Origin: Mobula hypostoma
Lineage: Eukaryota
Reading direction: 5' to 3'
NCBI RefSeq assembly: GCF_963921235.1
Contig: NC_086097.1
Coordinates: 44,642,001 to 44,706,000 of the forward strand
DNA length: 64,000 nucleotides
Both the position numbers and the translations under genes were made by a program. A model generated the notes under the pieces. It was not told where the DNA came from. It saw nothing but the letters and a program-made list of their open reading frames with translations, and ran no database searches. Shown piece after piece: positions 37,731 to 52,307 of this stretch (the first letter of the stretch is position 1; every line of letters begins with the position of its first letter).

Positions 37731-40691
37731 CCGTGATAGAAATAAGCGACAGAGACACAACCAAGTTGCAGTCAGGAATGGAAGTAAGTGTGAACAAAAT
37801 TGCAATGGCTAAACAGAAACTGGCCAGGCTGAACAGATTGTGTGCTTCCGTTGTGGCAGAGGCTCACATACACCAGCCCAATGTAGATTTAAAGGTGAAA
37901 TTTGTAGAAAACATAACAAGGAAAGGCCCACGCAGAGAGCATGTTGGGCAGACAAAAATGGACTGCAGAGGGAAGAGAAAAAGATCCCAAAAAAGTTTCA
38001 GTTTCAAAAAAACTTAGAGCAACAGCTTGCAGACGAATAATCTGATAATGATGAAAGTTACACAGGACTGGGTATCCTTGAGATTTAAAATGTGAAAACT
38101 AACAATAGACAAACAATTGGCTTACACCACAAGTGAACTGCAAAGTAATTAAAATGGAATTGGACACCAGCTCCGCTGTTTCAGTCATTCCACAAAATGA
38201 ATTTGAACAGCACTTCAAAGATACTGAACTGAAACCTGCAGATATCCAACTAAGAACTTATACTGGAGAACAGATCACTCCTGTGGGAATGGAATTGTAA
38301 CAGTAAAATACAACAACCAATGAGCCACAGTGGGTTTGTATCTGGTAAAAAGAACATTCTGTTGCTGTGATTGGCTGAGACAACTACAATTTGATTGGAG
38401 ATTCAACTACTATTTCCATGCCACATCCCCTGCCAAAGAGTGAATGAAAAATGAACTAAGAAAGGTACTGGATTATGCCACAGCAGTGTTCAGGGATAGC
38501 ACTAGAAAATTCACATATCAAGGCTAAAATAGTGTTAAATGGAAATTCCACACCAAAGTTTTACAAAGCCCATTTGGTTCCTTATACTATCTGTGATAAA
38601 GTAGCCAGTGAACTAGATTGCATGGAAACTGAGGGAATTCTTTTCAAGGTTGAAAGAAGCCCATGGACTATGCAATTATTCCCAGTAGCAAAGAAGTAAT
38701 TTTCTGTGGTGACCAGTACTGAAAGTAGATCAATACCTCTACCCAAGATAGAGGATATCTTTGCAAACCTTTCCGCAGGAAAACACTTCAGCAACCTGGA
38801 ATTAGCTGAAGCCTACCCATAGATGCAGATTGAAGAAGAGTCTGAAGTTTATCTCACCGCTCAACACTCAACAAAGTGTTTTATCGCTATAATAGACTTG
38901 TTTCTGGAGTAACATCTGCACCTGCACTCTGGCAGAAAGCCATGGATCAGGTCTACAAGGTTGTCCAGGCACTCAGTGTGACTTGGTTGACATCATTGTT
39001 ACCAATAAGGATGACGAAGAACATCTCCAAAATCTTAAGATGGCGTTAAAAAGATTAGAAGCTTATGGGCTCAGGGTACAATGGGACAAGTGAGAATTCT
39101 TCAAATCGAGCATCACTTGCCGTGGTAACAATATTGATACACAAGAATTACATAAGTGTGCTGAGAAAATTCAAGCAGTGGTTGGATGCCCCAAGGCCAA
39201 AGGATGTGTCAAAATTGTGGTTCTTTTTAAGATTTGTCAATTACTATAACAGGTTTCTGCTAGACCTGGCTACTGTGCTCCACTCCTTGAATGCATTACT
39301 AGAGACTGGGAAGGAATCGCAATAGAGAAAGCAGTGTGAGGTGGCTTTTTATGTTTGTGTGCTACTGTATTTCCCAAGTGTTAATGGCATCCACTGATAG
39401 TCAATAGGTGGCTGCCCTCCAGTGATTCCCTAAACAGTTCATGTAACTTGAGCAACCATTGAAAACTATTTCTGAGAATGCCTGCATGAACAAAATTAAT
39501 TTGGTCCAATGAATTATAAAAGACTTTAATAAAAAAACCTGTAACATGTGACTGGTGAGCAAATCCAGATCAATAAAAACGTTAATTTTTAAATTATTTA
39601 ATTTGTATATTATTAAAATGAAAGCAATACCGCTCTCATTTTAATTATATGTAAATTAATTTTTAAAAAGTAATAGTTGTAGCAAGTATTGAACAAATAA
39701 TCAACCCTTTAGTAATAATTTCAGTAATAGAGAGCAATTACTTAAACACAACAGTAAAATTGACATTACAAATATCACCAAACTTTATGGTCACTGTTGC
39801 TGTTAGCTCTGAATTAAGATGTATAATCTCATAAAGTTGGCTCGTTGTACCTCCAAGTGCATCAAGCAACTTTCTGCTTACAGGAGCTCAGAATGGATTC
39901 CACCAAAGTCACCTCATTACAATCTTAATCTAAACGAGGACGGAGGTGCCTAATGTCTGAGGCAAAGTGAGAGAAACTACCCTTTATATCAGGCAGTACT
40001 TGATTGAGTATGGCACCCAGGAGCCCTGGCTAACTTGAAGTCAATGGGAATTGTGAGGGTGAGACCCTCCACTGGTTGGAATTGTACTTGGTACAAATGC
40101 AAATGATTGCGGTACCAGAACATCAATCACCTCAGCTGCAGGACATGTCCACAGCAATTCCTCAGCAGTGTCCTAGGCCCAAGCTTCTGCAGTTGCTTCA
40201 GCAATAACCTTCTATCAGTTGTAGGTTTAGAACTGGGAATGTTTGGGCAATATCAAGGTCTGGGTTTATAGGTGGAAAGTAACATACATGCTACATGTGC
40301 CGGGCAATGACAATAACAAAAGAAAATTCAGCTATCGCCCCCTTGCATATATGTCATTTCTGTCACTGAATACCCGACTTTACAGTGTTGGGGGCTATAA
40401 TTGACCAGAAACTGAACTGAAGTAGCCATATACACAATGTGGCTCAAGAGCTGGTCAGAGCTTGGGAGGCTCCTAATTCCCAATTGCTGTTTGCTGTCTA
40501 CTAGGCTCGAGTCAGGAGTGTGATGGAAGACTCTTTGCTTGCCTAGACATGTGCACCTTCAACAACACTCAAGAAGCTTGGCACCATACAGGATATAGTA
40601 TCAAACTTCATAGGAACCCTATCCATAACTATTCAGTCATTCCAACACCAAAACACAGTAGCAGCAGCTTGTACAATCTACAGAATTGCAC

Positions 40692-41380
40692 AGGGAAACA
40701 GAGGTGGAAAGGGTAAGTAGCTTTAAATTCCTTGGCATTAATATACTAGAAGGTCTGTCCAAGGACCAGCACACTAGTGACATCACAAGGCAATGTCTCT
40801 CCCTTGGAAGTTTGTGTAGATTTAGCATGTGACCAAAATCTTTTGACAATTTCCATAGATGCAGTGGAGAGTATCCTAACTGGATGCATCATGGCCTGAT
40901 ATGGAAACAAACATGCCCAGGGCTGGTTAAGGCTACAGAAAGTGGTAGATATAGTCCAGTCATCAAAGGCAAAGTGCTCCCCACCATTGAATACATGTAT
41001 ATGGAGCACAGATACAGGAAAGCTGCATCCATCATCAAAGAACTCTATCCTGGTCATGCTCTATTCTTGCTGCTACCATTAGGCAGCAGGCACAGAATCC
41101 TTGGGTCCCACACCATCAGGTACAAGGTCCTGAACCAGCATGGATAGCTTCTTTCACCACTGTTCTGACACCTTCAAGGACTCTTTACAACTCATGGTCT
41201 CCGTAACATTTTTATATGCAGTTTGTCTTTTGCACAGTGGTTGCTTGTCGGTCTTTGTTTATGTATAGTTTTTTGTAAAATTCTGTTGTATTTTCCCTGT
41301 AAATATCTGCAAGAAAATGAATCTCAAGATAGAATATGGTAACATATATATACTTTGATAATAAATTTGCTTTGAACTCT
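40692..41380 (+). mobile_element. Rex1/Babar-like LINE 3' fragment
   Basis: Similar to 2735-3607, including the ctttgaactctga tail. Confidence 0.7.
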
Positions 41381-41529
41381 GAGGATGTGCTGCAGCAACT
41401 CGTCAGAACATACACAGTGCCCTGAATGGTTGTCTTCTGTGGTTTACACTATAATTGATTCTAATTTTTTGATGAATATTAACTGTTCAACTAAAGATTA
41501 GAGGACTAGAACATAAATGCAAGGATGGA

Positions 41530-42140
41530 AAAGAGGACTAGATTATAAAAGAAAGGATGTAATGTTGAGACTTTATAAAGCACTAATGAGGCCTCACTTG
41601 GACTACTGTGAGCAGTTTTAGGCCCCTTATCTTTGAAAGGATGTGCTGAAATTGGAGAGGGTTCAAAGGACATTCATGAAATTAATTCCAGGATTGAATG
41701 GGTTGTCATATGAAGAGTGTTTGATAGCTCTGGGCCTGTATTCACTGGAAATTCAGAAGAATGAGGGGTGCCCTCGTTGAAACCTATCAAATGGTGAAAG
41801 GCCTCAACAGAGTGGATGTTTCCGATAGTTGCAGAGACTAAGACAAGAGGACACAGCCTCAGAATAGAGGGCATCCTTTTAGAACAGAAATGAGGAGGAA
41901 TTTGTTTAGCCAGACAGTGGTGAATCTGTGGAAATTGTTGCCACAAGCAGCTGTGGAGGCCAAGTCTTTAAGTATATTTAAGGCAGAGGTTGATCGATCC
42001 TTGATTGGTCTGGGCATGAAGGGATACGGGGAGAAGGCAGGAGATTAGGGCACAGAGAAAAATTGGATCAGCCAGGATGAAATGGCAAGGCAGACTCAAT
42101 CGGCCTAATGGTCTAATTCTGCTCCTGTATCTTATGGTAT
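41530..42140 (+). mobile_element. CR1 LINE 3' end
   Basis: LYKALMRPHLDY, GHSLRIEG, VVNLW; ends gctcctgtatcttatggt; near copy of 48015-48600 in opposite orientation. Confidence 0.85.
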
Positions 42141-42848
42141 TACTAATGCTAATACTGTACAATACAGCTTGAGGATAGGAAAATGGGTAGCTTTGAATCT
42201 CACTCCAAGGCAACACAAAAATCAAGGGTTCAAAGATACTCGCTTTCAAGACAATTATTAAACTGAAGCCTTTGATTGCCTTCTCAAGTAGATATAAAGT
42301 ATGCTATTGGTACAAAAGTTACAATATAAATACAAGTCTTCATTTCAGTTGGAATTGAACTGGATAGAAATAGAGAACAGGAAAGACAACCTGCAACCTG
42401 TTCTAGTAGCGCATTAATCAACAATTTGGCTTTAGTCAGACACTAATCAATAATGCACACAATGCTTTACTGTACAGGGCGGGGGGGAATTACAGAACAG
42501 AGCAGAGGAAGTGCTGGTCTGTATGTTCTATTGTTTGACCAAATGTTCTGTATGGTATTTAGCACTGTAGGTCACGAGAATCATTTAAGCACTAGAGGTA
42601 GAGATGGGCTGCTTACAGGTTATAGTGGGAAAGATTGGCAGCAAAAGATTATTGCTCCAGTTTGACAGTGAGTAAAAGCAGAAATTGCGATGAGGGAACA
42701 GTGAAGCTGCAGTCCTCTCCATCAGGGAGTTTATGGTGATTTCAGTGCACCAACAACACAGTGGATCTCTTGTAAATGGGAATTAACAATATCCCTTGTT
42801 AAAGCAGAACCTGAAGCTGGGGCTAAAAGGTGATTTGAATAGCTACAT

Positions 42849-43671
42849 CACAAACAAGAGAAAATCTACAGATGCTGGAAATCCGAGCAACACACACAAA
42901 ATGCCAGAGGAACTCCCTCCTGATACTTATCCTTGCAAGCGGAACAAGTGCTACACCTGCCCCTACACCTCCTCCCTCACTACCATTCAGGACCATACAG
43001 GGCCCTAAACAGTCCTTCCAGGTGAGGCAACATTTCACCTGTGAGTCTGTTTGGGTCATATACTGTGTTCGGTGCTCCCAGTGTGGCCTCCTGTATATCG
43101 GTGAGACCCGACGTAGATTGGGAGACTGCTTTGAGCACCTACGGACTGTCTGCCAGAAAAAGTGGGATCTCCCAGTGGCCATCCATTTTAATTCCATTTC
43201 CCATTCCCATTCCAATATGTCCACTGTTGTGATGTGGCCACTCTTAGGTTGGAGGAACAATACCTTGTATTCTTTTTGTGTAGTCTCCAACCTGATGGCA
43301 TGAACAGCGATTTCTCAAACTTAAAGTGATGCCCCCCACTCCCCCCACCTCCTTCACCATTCCCCATCCCCTTTTGCCTCTCTCACCTTATCTCTTTGCC
43401 TGCCCATTGCCTCCCTCTGGTGCCCCTCCCCCTTTCTTCCATGGCCATCTGTCTCCTTCACCAATCAACTTCCCAGCTCTTTACTTTATCTTTCCCCTCC
43501 AGGTTTCACTTATCACCTTATGTTTATCTTTTCCCTCCTCCCACCTTTTAAATCTGCTCCCTAGTTTTTTTGCTCCAGTCATGTCAAAGGTTTTGACCCA
43601 AAACATCAAATGTACTCTTTTCCTAGATGCTGCTTGGCCTGCTGAGTTCCTCCTGCATTTTGTGTGTGTTG
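42849..43671 (+). mobile_element. Penelope-like element fragment (GIY-YIG endonuclease) with inverted termini
   Basis: FTCESVWVIYCVRCSQCGLLYIGETRRRLGD; caacacacacaaaatg at the left, cattttgtgtgtgttg at the right. Confidence 0.9.
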
Positions 43672-44599
43672 GTCAAATACATCTTGACTTTACTAGAACT
43701 AGTTACCCCAGAAGTTGGGCTAATTCAAGGTCTTTATGCTAATAGTTTGAGGGGAAAAAAACGAGCAATTGAGCTTCTCATTCACTACTGTGTTCTGAAA
43801 TCACGGAGTAGTGAATGGGAATGTGACATACAAGAACTAAGCTTGCAGGGCAAGTTGGCAATAGCAACAAAGAACATCTCATCTGTGATGTAAAGGGAAT
43901 ATTAGGAGCATGTTTAAGTGATGAATTAGCACCTCTGGCCATGGGGGTTTTTGTCAGCAAGGGTCAAGCACATGTCTCTTTCACTGTAAGTAACTAACTA
44001 AAACAAATACTGGAATTTGATGACAGCTAGATAGGAGGAAAGAAGATGTCTGTTCCTGAAAAAGTTACCTGTCACAGTATTAAAGGAAATAATTCAACTC
44101 CCTGGGTTCATGCTGACTCCCAGATAAGCAATCCATCAGTCCCACTCTCCCTGCAGTTCTGTAACTTTTCTCAGTTGGGCCTAACCAAGGAGTCATTTAT
44201 TGTAGTCCCTTAACCCACCGACATTGAGATGTGACAGAAAGCAAGAGCATCCAGCAGAAAGGCTGGGAAAATGTGCAAACTCTACACAGGCCTCATCCAG
44301 AGTTGGTATCAAGCACGAGTCAATAGCTGTAACTTACGGCATGGTGTCATCTGCAAAGTCAACCAGGAGGTTATGAAGTAAATTTATATAGTAACAAGTA
44401 GGTCAGAGATTTAGATCAGAATAATGCGTTTAAGAGTGAAGAACATTCAGTTGTGGGCATTCAAGTCCAGACGGTCATCTTAAGTGGCTTGGGTATTTTT
44501 GGATACCCAGCAAGACAGAGAAAATGTGCATAATCATAATCATAAACATAATGAGAATGTTGGTTGATGAAACTACAGATAACAACTGTATCATCACTC

Positions 44600-45130
44600 G
44601 AATCTGGGATGTTGGCTTTCATTAGCAGGGACAGAAATAGGAGTATGGAAGCTGCAGTGTAACTTTTGGTGAGGTTTTAGCTACAGTACTCTGTGCATTT
44701 CTCGTCACCACAATATAGGAAGGACACAATTGCACAGGAGAGGGAGCCGAGGAGGTTCACTAGGATGTTGCCAGGTATGGAGTGTTTCAGTTATGAGGAG
44801 AAAGGAGGAAGTCTGTGTTTGTTTAGCTTGGTGTGGAGGGGTCTGAATGGGGGACTACAAAATTGTGAGAGATGTGTATATGGTGGATTGTGAGAAACTT
44901 TCCCCATAACAGTTGTTTAAAACTAGAAGATGTTACAGTTAGGAGTTAGTGATTTGAGTAGTTTTGGGAGTGGGGAGGGGTGGAGTTTTCACCCAGTGGG
45001 TGATTGCAGTCTGAAAGGCACTACCCTTAAAGTTGATGAAGGCAGGTATCCATAACAACTTAAAAATATCTTAATAAGCACTTAGAGTGTCAGGGCACAG
45101 CCAGGCCTGAAGGGTCTGAATCAATGCTCT
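44600..45130 (+). mobile_element. Decayed CR1 3' fragment
   Basis: SPQYRKD...RRFTRMLPGMECFSYEE. Confidence 0.7.
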
Positions 45131-45700
45131 ATATCTGTAATACACAGATAAGTGGAAGGCAAGAGCTGATGCTGGCTGCCATGGCGAGGTGATTTCAATT
45201 GAGTGTTGTGCAGACGATGAGTTTGTGAGAGTTTACACGAAGAGCTCACTTTTTTTTTACACCTGCGCCCAGAAATAGGAAATGTCCAGGATAAACAAGA
45301 AGTCTCGTTTTAAGAGAGGATGCAATGGAAAACTGTTGAGAAACACCAAAGTAGAAATTGTGGTGATTGAGTTCATGGTGTTAACAGTGCTGTTACCCAA
45401 AATGTCTCTACAGTAGTAGTTATTAAATTTTGTTAACCTGTATTAAGTTTATTGTTAGCAGTTGATATTTAGAAAACTATGAATTAGTTTTAGTTATGGA
45501 AACAATTATGACAAGGTAACCATTGAGAGCAGTGTGTAGAAGGCATCTCTACAGTAGTGATCAGCTAGAACTGTCCAGACTTGGGTTGGATACTTGAGAT
45601 ATTAATTAATTATCACTGAGTTTTCTAGTTGAGAAGACTGATGTTCAGTAAGTTTAATTTGGCTAATATGCGTAGGTGATTGCAATGATTAAAGGGGACA

Positions 45701-46041
45701 ACTACTACTACTACGTCAACTCAGGCCTGGGGGGCCGGCGTCGGGCACGATGGCGGACCCTCCACTTCTCCCTCTCCCTCATCAGTGTGGTCAGTTCATC
45801 TACATTAGCCGTGCCGCTGTCTTCTAGGAGCGTGTTGACCATAGTCTTGGGAGGATGCCCAGGGTTCATCCTCCCGTGCTTGGGCTCCCATATGATGACT
45901 AGGCTGGCAGGTAGCTCAGGGTGGCGTAGACAGTTCCCCGCTAGTTGCAGTCTTCTCGTCTCGATTTTAGTGGTGAGCATCGGTAGGTTGTTATAGAGCT
46001 CGACGTTTGTCATGTGCTATTGCCAACTCACGTCAAGAGCC
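45701..46041 (-). mobile_element. Young RTE-clade LINE 3' end
   Basis: Open frame TNVELYNNLP...RRLQLAGNCLRH...GHPPKT...REKWR; (TAG)4 tail; flanking ATTAAAGGG repeats at 45688 and 46042. Confidence 0.8.
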
Positions 46042-46419
46042 ATTAAAGGGAAAACATTGTAATAAATCTGGGATGTACAGTATTTTGGGCCAGCTTCCAC
46101 TGTTAAGTGTTGGCCTCCTTCAGTAAAGGTATTTTACTGCCAGCTCTACATTTTTGTTAGTTGCCTTAAAAACAAGTCTTAAAAACTTGTGTTATTCTCT
46201 CCTGTGCATCTGAATATGACTAATGGATGTCTTAAACTGGCCATCTACAAACACGTTTGTATTTGCTGAGGTTCTTGTACCTTCAAGGTCAAAGGCCTTT
46301 CCCTTTTCTACATCAATTTGCTGTCCTTTGACAAATTCCACAAGATCAGCATCCCTATGTATGCTTTTGATTTGTGTGTCTACCTCTCATCACCATATAC
46401 CCAATTCCAAGCTGTAAAG

Positions 46420-46476
46420 CTGGGGTTCCCAACCTTTTTACTGAGGGGTTCCTGAACCCCAGGTTGGGATCCCCTG
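46420..46476. mobile_element. 57-bp hAT-type mini element
   Basis: CTGGGGTTCCCAACCT...AGGTTGGGATCCCCTG with perfect 8-bp TSD CTGTAAAG. Confidence 0.8.
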
Positions 46477-48014
46477 CTGTAAAGGAACATGTTATGGACA
46501 AGTTGTATTGTCAGTCAATTTACTACTGGGAAAATGGAAGACATCTTTTTCTCCTATCATCAGCATAACTCAATTACTCATTCCTCAGCCACACTAGGTA
46601 CAGCTGTTAGGTGTTTGGCTGTGCTTTGAACCTGCTACTGAGCTTGTTCCAGTTGCTTATTGGTTGACTTTGAGTCATCCATGATCCCAGATCCCAGAAC
46701 CACCTAAGCTCACCCAACTAATGAAGAGAAGCAATCATGACTGTCTCACTAAATGAGGGTGGAGAATCCTTTACCAAATCTCCTGCTTCAATGTCAGAGT
46801 AAACTCACTGACTGCTAATATTAATTGCTTATCTTTGTTTTAGCCAAGGAATTCATGCATGAGATTTATTTTGTGGCTTTCTTCTTTGCAGTTTGATATA
46901 GCATTGAGCCATGAAGACTTAAACGTCCAAAATGGGGCATGTATATTCTCATTCTATAGCTGGCCATGCCTGTACTTTCATTAAACAAACTATGACTGGA
47001 CAAATGTAAATGGACACAGATGGAATTTGCCCTGCCAATTGCTTTGCAAATTAACTGAGGTGAAGACAGGTTTATTTCCTCATTCAGAAATGTGATGGAT
47101 TGAAATTTCCAGGGTAACAAAATAAACAGTCCATAAGGCAATTTGAATTTTGAATTTTGAATTCATTAATCAGAATTTCCTACCACATATAGTAGGAGAA
47201 GTTGTTATTCTAATACACAAATAGAGTATTTAGCAGAAGGTTGACAGAATCTCCAGTGAAATAATAAAAGCTGTTTTAAATTAGATATCACTAAGTTGAA
47301 ATTATAATGATCATTGAAATTATAGCAGGAGGTTTGGAGAAACTAGGCATTCTCCACCGTAGGCTAGGTGTTGACATGATTTCTCCTGCCCACCAGGTGT
47401 GTAAGCCTCAGTTATTCTGGAATCCTGGAAGCATGTCAGTGCGTGAGATAGCTCAATGATAATAAATATGCATCTGGCTGAGAAATTGACTATTTTATTT
47501 TTAAAATAAAACAGCAGCATTGAGATTGGTAAGGCCACTTTAACGATGATACGGGCAGGTTCTTAGTTTTAGGGCCAAAATAATTTCTATTTGCTTTTGG
47601 GATGTGTGTATCAATGGCAAGTCCAAAACTTAATGCCCTTCTGTAAAGTGCTACTGCCTTGAACTACTGCAGTCCTTCTAGTGAAGGTACTGTTATTGGG
47701 GAAGGGGTTACAGGATAGACCCAGCATTGATGAAGGAATAGCAATATATGGCTGGGATGACATGCAACTCAAAGGATAGCCTGCTGGTTGGTGGTAATCC
47801 AATGTGCTGGAGCATTTATCCATCTTGGTAGAGGACATAGGTCTGAGAAATGCTATTGCAATAACCAAGGTGCCCTGTACAGATAGTACGACAGCGAGTA
47901 TATTCCAGTACAGAGATAAGGAACATCCAAGTTCCTGAGGAACTACCATTCAGGTGAGCTGTTATGTCCTGCTGTTAACTCTCTTGAGTAGTGTTGGCGT
48001 TGAACTCCGGGTAA

Positions 48015-49825
48015 GACCATAAGATATAGGAACAGAACTGGCCCATTTGGCCCGTCAGGTCTGCGCCGCCATTTCATCATGGCTGATCGAAGTTTCCTCT
48101 CAGCCCCAATCTTCTGCCTTCTCCCCGTATCCCTTCATACCCTGACTAATCAGGAATCTGACTTAATTATACATAAGGATTTGGCCTCTATAGCTGCCAC
48201 AGATTCACCACTCTCTGGATAAAGAAATTCCTCCTCGTCTCCATTCAAAAAGGACACCCCTCTATACTGAGGCTGTGTCCTCTAGTCTTAGACTCTCCCA
48301 CCATAGCAAACATCTGCTCCACATCCACTCTGTTGAGGCCTTTCATCATTTGATAGGTTTCAATGAGGTCACCCCTCAGTTGTCTGGATTCCAGTGAATA
48401 CAGGCCCAGAGCCATCAAACGCTCTTCATATGACAAGCCATTCAATCCTGGAATCATTTTTGTGAATCTCCTTTGAACCTTCTCCAGTTTCGGCACATCC
48501 TTTCTAAGATAAGGAGCCCAAAGCTGCTCACAATACTCCAAGTGAGGCCTCACCAGTGCTTTATAAAGTCTCAACATTCTTGCTTTTTTATTCTAGTCCT
48601 CTTGAAATGAATGCTAACATTGCATTTGCCTTCCTCACCACAGACTTGACCTGCAAATTAACCTTTAGGGAATCTTCTTCTGTATTTTTATTTCATTTAG
48701 AAAATAGTCAACCCTTTAATTTCTTCTACCAAAGTGCATGACCATACATTTCTCAACACTGTATTCCACCTGCCATTTCTTTGCCCATTCTTCTAATCTG
48801 TCTAAGTGTTTCTGTAGCCTCTCTATTTTCTCAAAACTTCCTGCCCCTCCACCCATCTTCATATCATCTGCAAACTTTGCAACATAGCCATCATTTCCAT
48901 CATTCAAATTATTGACATATAACGTAAAAAGAATCGGTCTCAACACAGACCCCAGTGGAATACCACTTGTCTCCAGCAGCCAGCCAGAAAAGGCTCCCTT
49001 TATTCCCACTCTTTGCCACCTGCCAATCAGCCACTGCTTTATCCATGCTAGAATCTTTCCTGTAATACCATGGGCTCATAGCTTGTCAAGCAGCCTCATG
49101 TGTGGCACCTTGTCAAAGGCCTTCTTGAAAATCCAAGTATATAATATCTGCCAATTTTCCTTTGTCTATGCTGCTTGTTATTTCTTCAAAGAATTCCAAC
49201 AGATTTGTCAGGCAAGATTTTCATTTGAGGAAGCCATGCTCTCTACAGCCTTTTTTATCATGTGCCTCCAAGTACCCTGAGACCTCATCCTTAATCGACT
49301 CCAACATCTTCCCAACCGCTGAGGTCCAACTAACTGGCCTATAGTTTCTTTTCTAATGCTTCTCTCCCTTCTTGAAGAGTGGAGTGGTACTTGCAATTTT
49401 CCAGTCTTCCAGAACCATTCCAGAATCTAGTGATTCCTGAAATTTCATTTCTAATCCACAAACTCTTCTCTCCTTTTTCAGATCTCTGGGGTGTATACCA
49501 TCCACCTTCAGACCTATCAGTTTCCCAAGAACCTTCCCTCTAGTTATGGTAACTTCACACACTTCATGCCCCTGACACCTGGAACTTCCACCATATTGCT
49601 AGTGTTCCCATTGTGAAGACTGATGCAAAATACTTTTTCACTTCATCGACTATGTTATTGTCCCCCATTACTACCTCTCCTGCATCATTTTCCAGTAGTC
49701 CGATATCCACTTTCATCTCTCTCTTACACTTTACATACCTGAAGAAACTTTTGGTATCCTCTGTAATATTATTGGCTAGCTTACTTTCATTTTCCATCTT
49801 TACCTTCTTAATGACTTTTTTAGTT
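48015..49825 (-). mobile_element. CR1 LINE ORF2 (RT) fragment
   Basis: SGIPLGSVLRPILF, KFADDMK, LYKALVRPHLEYCEQLWAPY; frameshifted. Confidence 0.92.
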
Positions 49826-50463
49826 TTTTGTACTCAAAAGTGTCTTGTAGTTTGTGGAAAGGACTTGGGATGAGTAACTTGCTGGATACCCTGCCTCTGA
49901 TCTGTTCCTGAGTGTTAATGTTAACTCCTGTTGAGTTTCTGGTCAATGGTATTTCTGTGACCACCCATCCAAGATGCAATTGGAGCTGATGCAGTGATGG
50001 TAATGGTATTGAATGTTAAGAGTAGGTTGTTACACATTCTTGTGTTGGAGATGGTCATTGACTGGCACTTATCAGCTCCTCTCTGAATGTTGTCTTGCTG
50101 AATGCAGCACGAATGGCTTCATTTGCTGAGGAGTTGTTAATTATTTGTGCGGCTTTCAATTTCATGACTGCCCTCTTTTCTAACCTTAATGAAGGACAGA
50201 AGGAAGGCCAATAATGAAGTAGCCAAAGATGGTTGGGCCAGTGACACTGCACTGAAGAAATCTTGTAATATTGTGTTGGTTGCTTGGATGTTTACTACAA
50301 GTTACTCAGCATTGCAAATGGAAAATACTGTATATAATCTTTCAAAGTCTTCTGATAAATATGCTGGAATTCCCCCCTCATCAGTGTTGCAGGAGTTTCC
50401 TTCATCAGCAGTACAAGACAATGGCTCACATTCAGCCACTCAAGAAGAGCCAGGGATAGCCTA

Positions 50464-51000
50464 CAATCAGTGGCCACTTTATTAAGTACACCTGTACCCC
50501 CTGCTCATTAATGCAAATATCTAATCAACCAATCATGTGGCAACAACTCAATGCATAAGAGTATGCTGACATGGTCAAGAGGTTCAGTTGATGTTCAGAC
50601 TGGGGAAGAAATGTGATCAAAGTGACTTTGACCGCAGAATGATTGTTGGTGCGAGCCAGGGTGGTTTGCGTATTTCAGAAACCTGTTGATATCTAGGGAT
50701 TTTCACGCACAACAGTCTCGAGAGTTTACAGAGAACAGTGCACAAAAAAAAATAGAGAGCATTCAGTGGGCAGTAGTTCTGTGTGCAGAAATGCACAGTT
50801 AATGAGAAAGGTCAGAGGAAAATGGTCAGATTGGTTCAAATTGACAGGAAGGCGATAGTAACTCAAATATTGTATAATTTCTTAATGCCTGCATTACTAA
50901 ATGACAATGAAAGAGGACTGTGTGTCTCCATAATCTAAAAATAATCTAAATAAAATGACTACATCTCTGAACACATGGCCCATCAAACCTTGAAGTGGGT
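50464..51000 (+). mobile_element. Truncated Tc1-family transposon 5' part
   Basis: TA-caatcagtggccactttattaagtacacc terminus; GKKCDQSDFDRRMIVGA...GFSRTTVSRVYRE helix-turn-helix fragment. Confidence 0.7.
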
Positions 51001-52307
51001 AGAGTACTTGTATAGTGATTAGCTGCATCAGTTTTGTCCTACATTTTGCAATCACGACATAACTAGGCAAAGTTTTTAACATGTTAAAGGTAGATGCAAT
51101 CTTTTTGTTTTTTTACTTACAGTTTGCTAGAGGCACAGTGGACTCCTGAGTTCAGGTCTTCAGGGTTTACAATTGGGATGTGGTCTAGTTTCATAGTTCC
51201 GCTGAATCCAATTTTTTCTTGGTGTCACATGGAATGAATGGATGTCCTGGGAGAAATTTTGTAAGACATCTCATCATTTTGCATTTGTTATTTTTTTTGG
51301 GGAGGGTACGGCTTTTCATTCCTATTACTGAGACTGGCCTTATCAAAGCCACAAATGATGTGTTTCTTTCTGCCTTGTGAAACTACCCATCCAGAACTTC
51401 CCCCTTTTCTATTCTATGGCCCTAGAGTAACCAACCTTCCTGACAGTCTTCTATCCCTGTATGCTTCCTACCGGAGTTGTGCAATGGTCTTAACTTGTTT
51501 GGTTAATACAAGCCTCGGTGACACATCAGAATGGTATCAAATTGCTTATGTACACTGAAAATGCCTTTTCCAAAATTAATCTTGCCTTCCTTTGCATCTG
51601 TGCTCTATATGTCCAAACAATATATTTTTAACCTTTCATGGAAAATGATCCTTGTTGGCAAGACAAATATTTATTCCCATTCCTAATTGCTTCTGAGGAG
51701 GTGGTGGTCAGTTGCCTTATTTTATAATTACCACTGTCTGTGTGTTAACGGAGCTCCCAAAATGCTGTTAGAAATGTTGAAGGGACGGGATGTGATGCCA
51801 CAATTTCTTCTGATTGAATACTATGAAGACAGAGGCATAGGCTTTGATTTTAAACAGGGATGAAGGTTCAGCAGGGTGGGGCTGGGGCAGGATAAATCAC
51901 AACTGTAGTGTTTGATCTGGGGAATTTCTTATGAGCAGGGAAGCTGTAATAGATATGTCGAGACTGCATTTTATCCTAAAGTCGATCTAGCTAATATAAT
52001 AAAATATCAGATGGTGCTTGATTCCCAGCATGGTGTTTAACATAAGATGTCGATACTGCTCTGAAATTATGCCATTCAGATGCAATCATTTTTTGACATT
52101 TGTTCATACACGGAAGGACGATGAAATTAAAATTTGTAACCATTTATGTGTGAGTGATGTGCATTGTAGTTTGTTGCTTGTATATTAATTATTACCCAAT
52201 GTGTACGAGTTTTGAAAAACTGAATTTGTAGAGTTCTTCATCATGGAAACAGGCCCACAATCCAACTTGTTCATGCCAACCAAGATTTCCATAAAGTCAC
52301 TCTAAAG

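Larger units (their letters stand above)
36513..39350 (+). mobile_element. Decayed Gypsy LTR retrotransposon (probable 5' LTR about 36513-36921, gag, protease, RT)
   Basis: Zinc knuckle CFRCGRGSHTPAQC, protease MELDTSSAVSVIP, RT YPLPKIEDIFANL, FVNYYNRFL; TG...CA segment followed by PBS-like ggtgacaagg. Confidence 0.8.
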
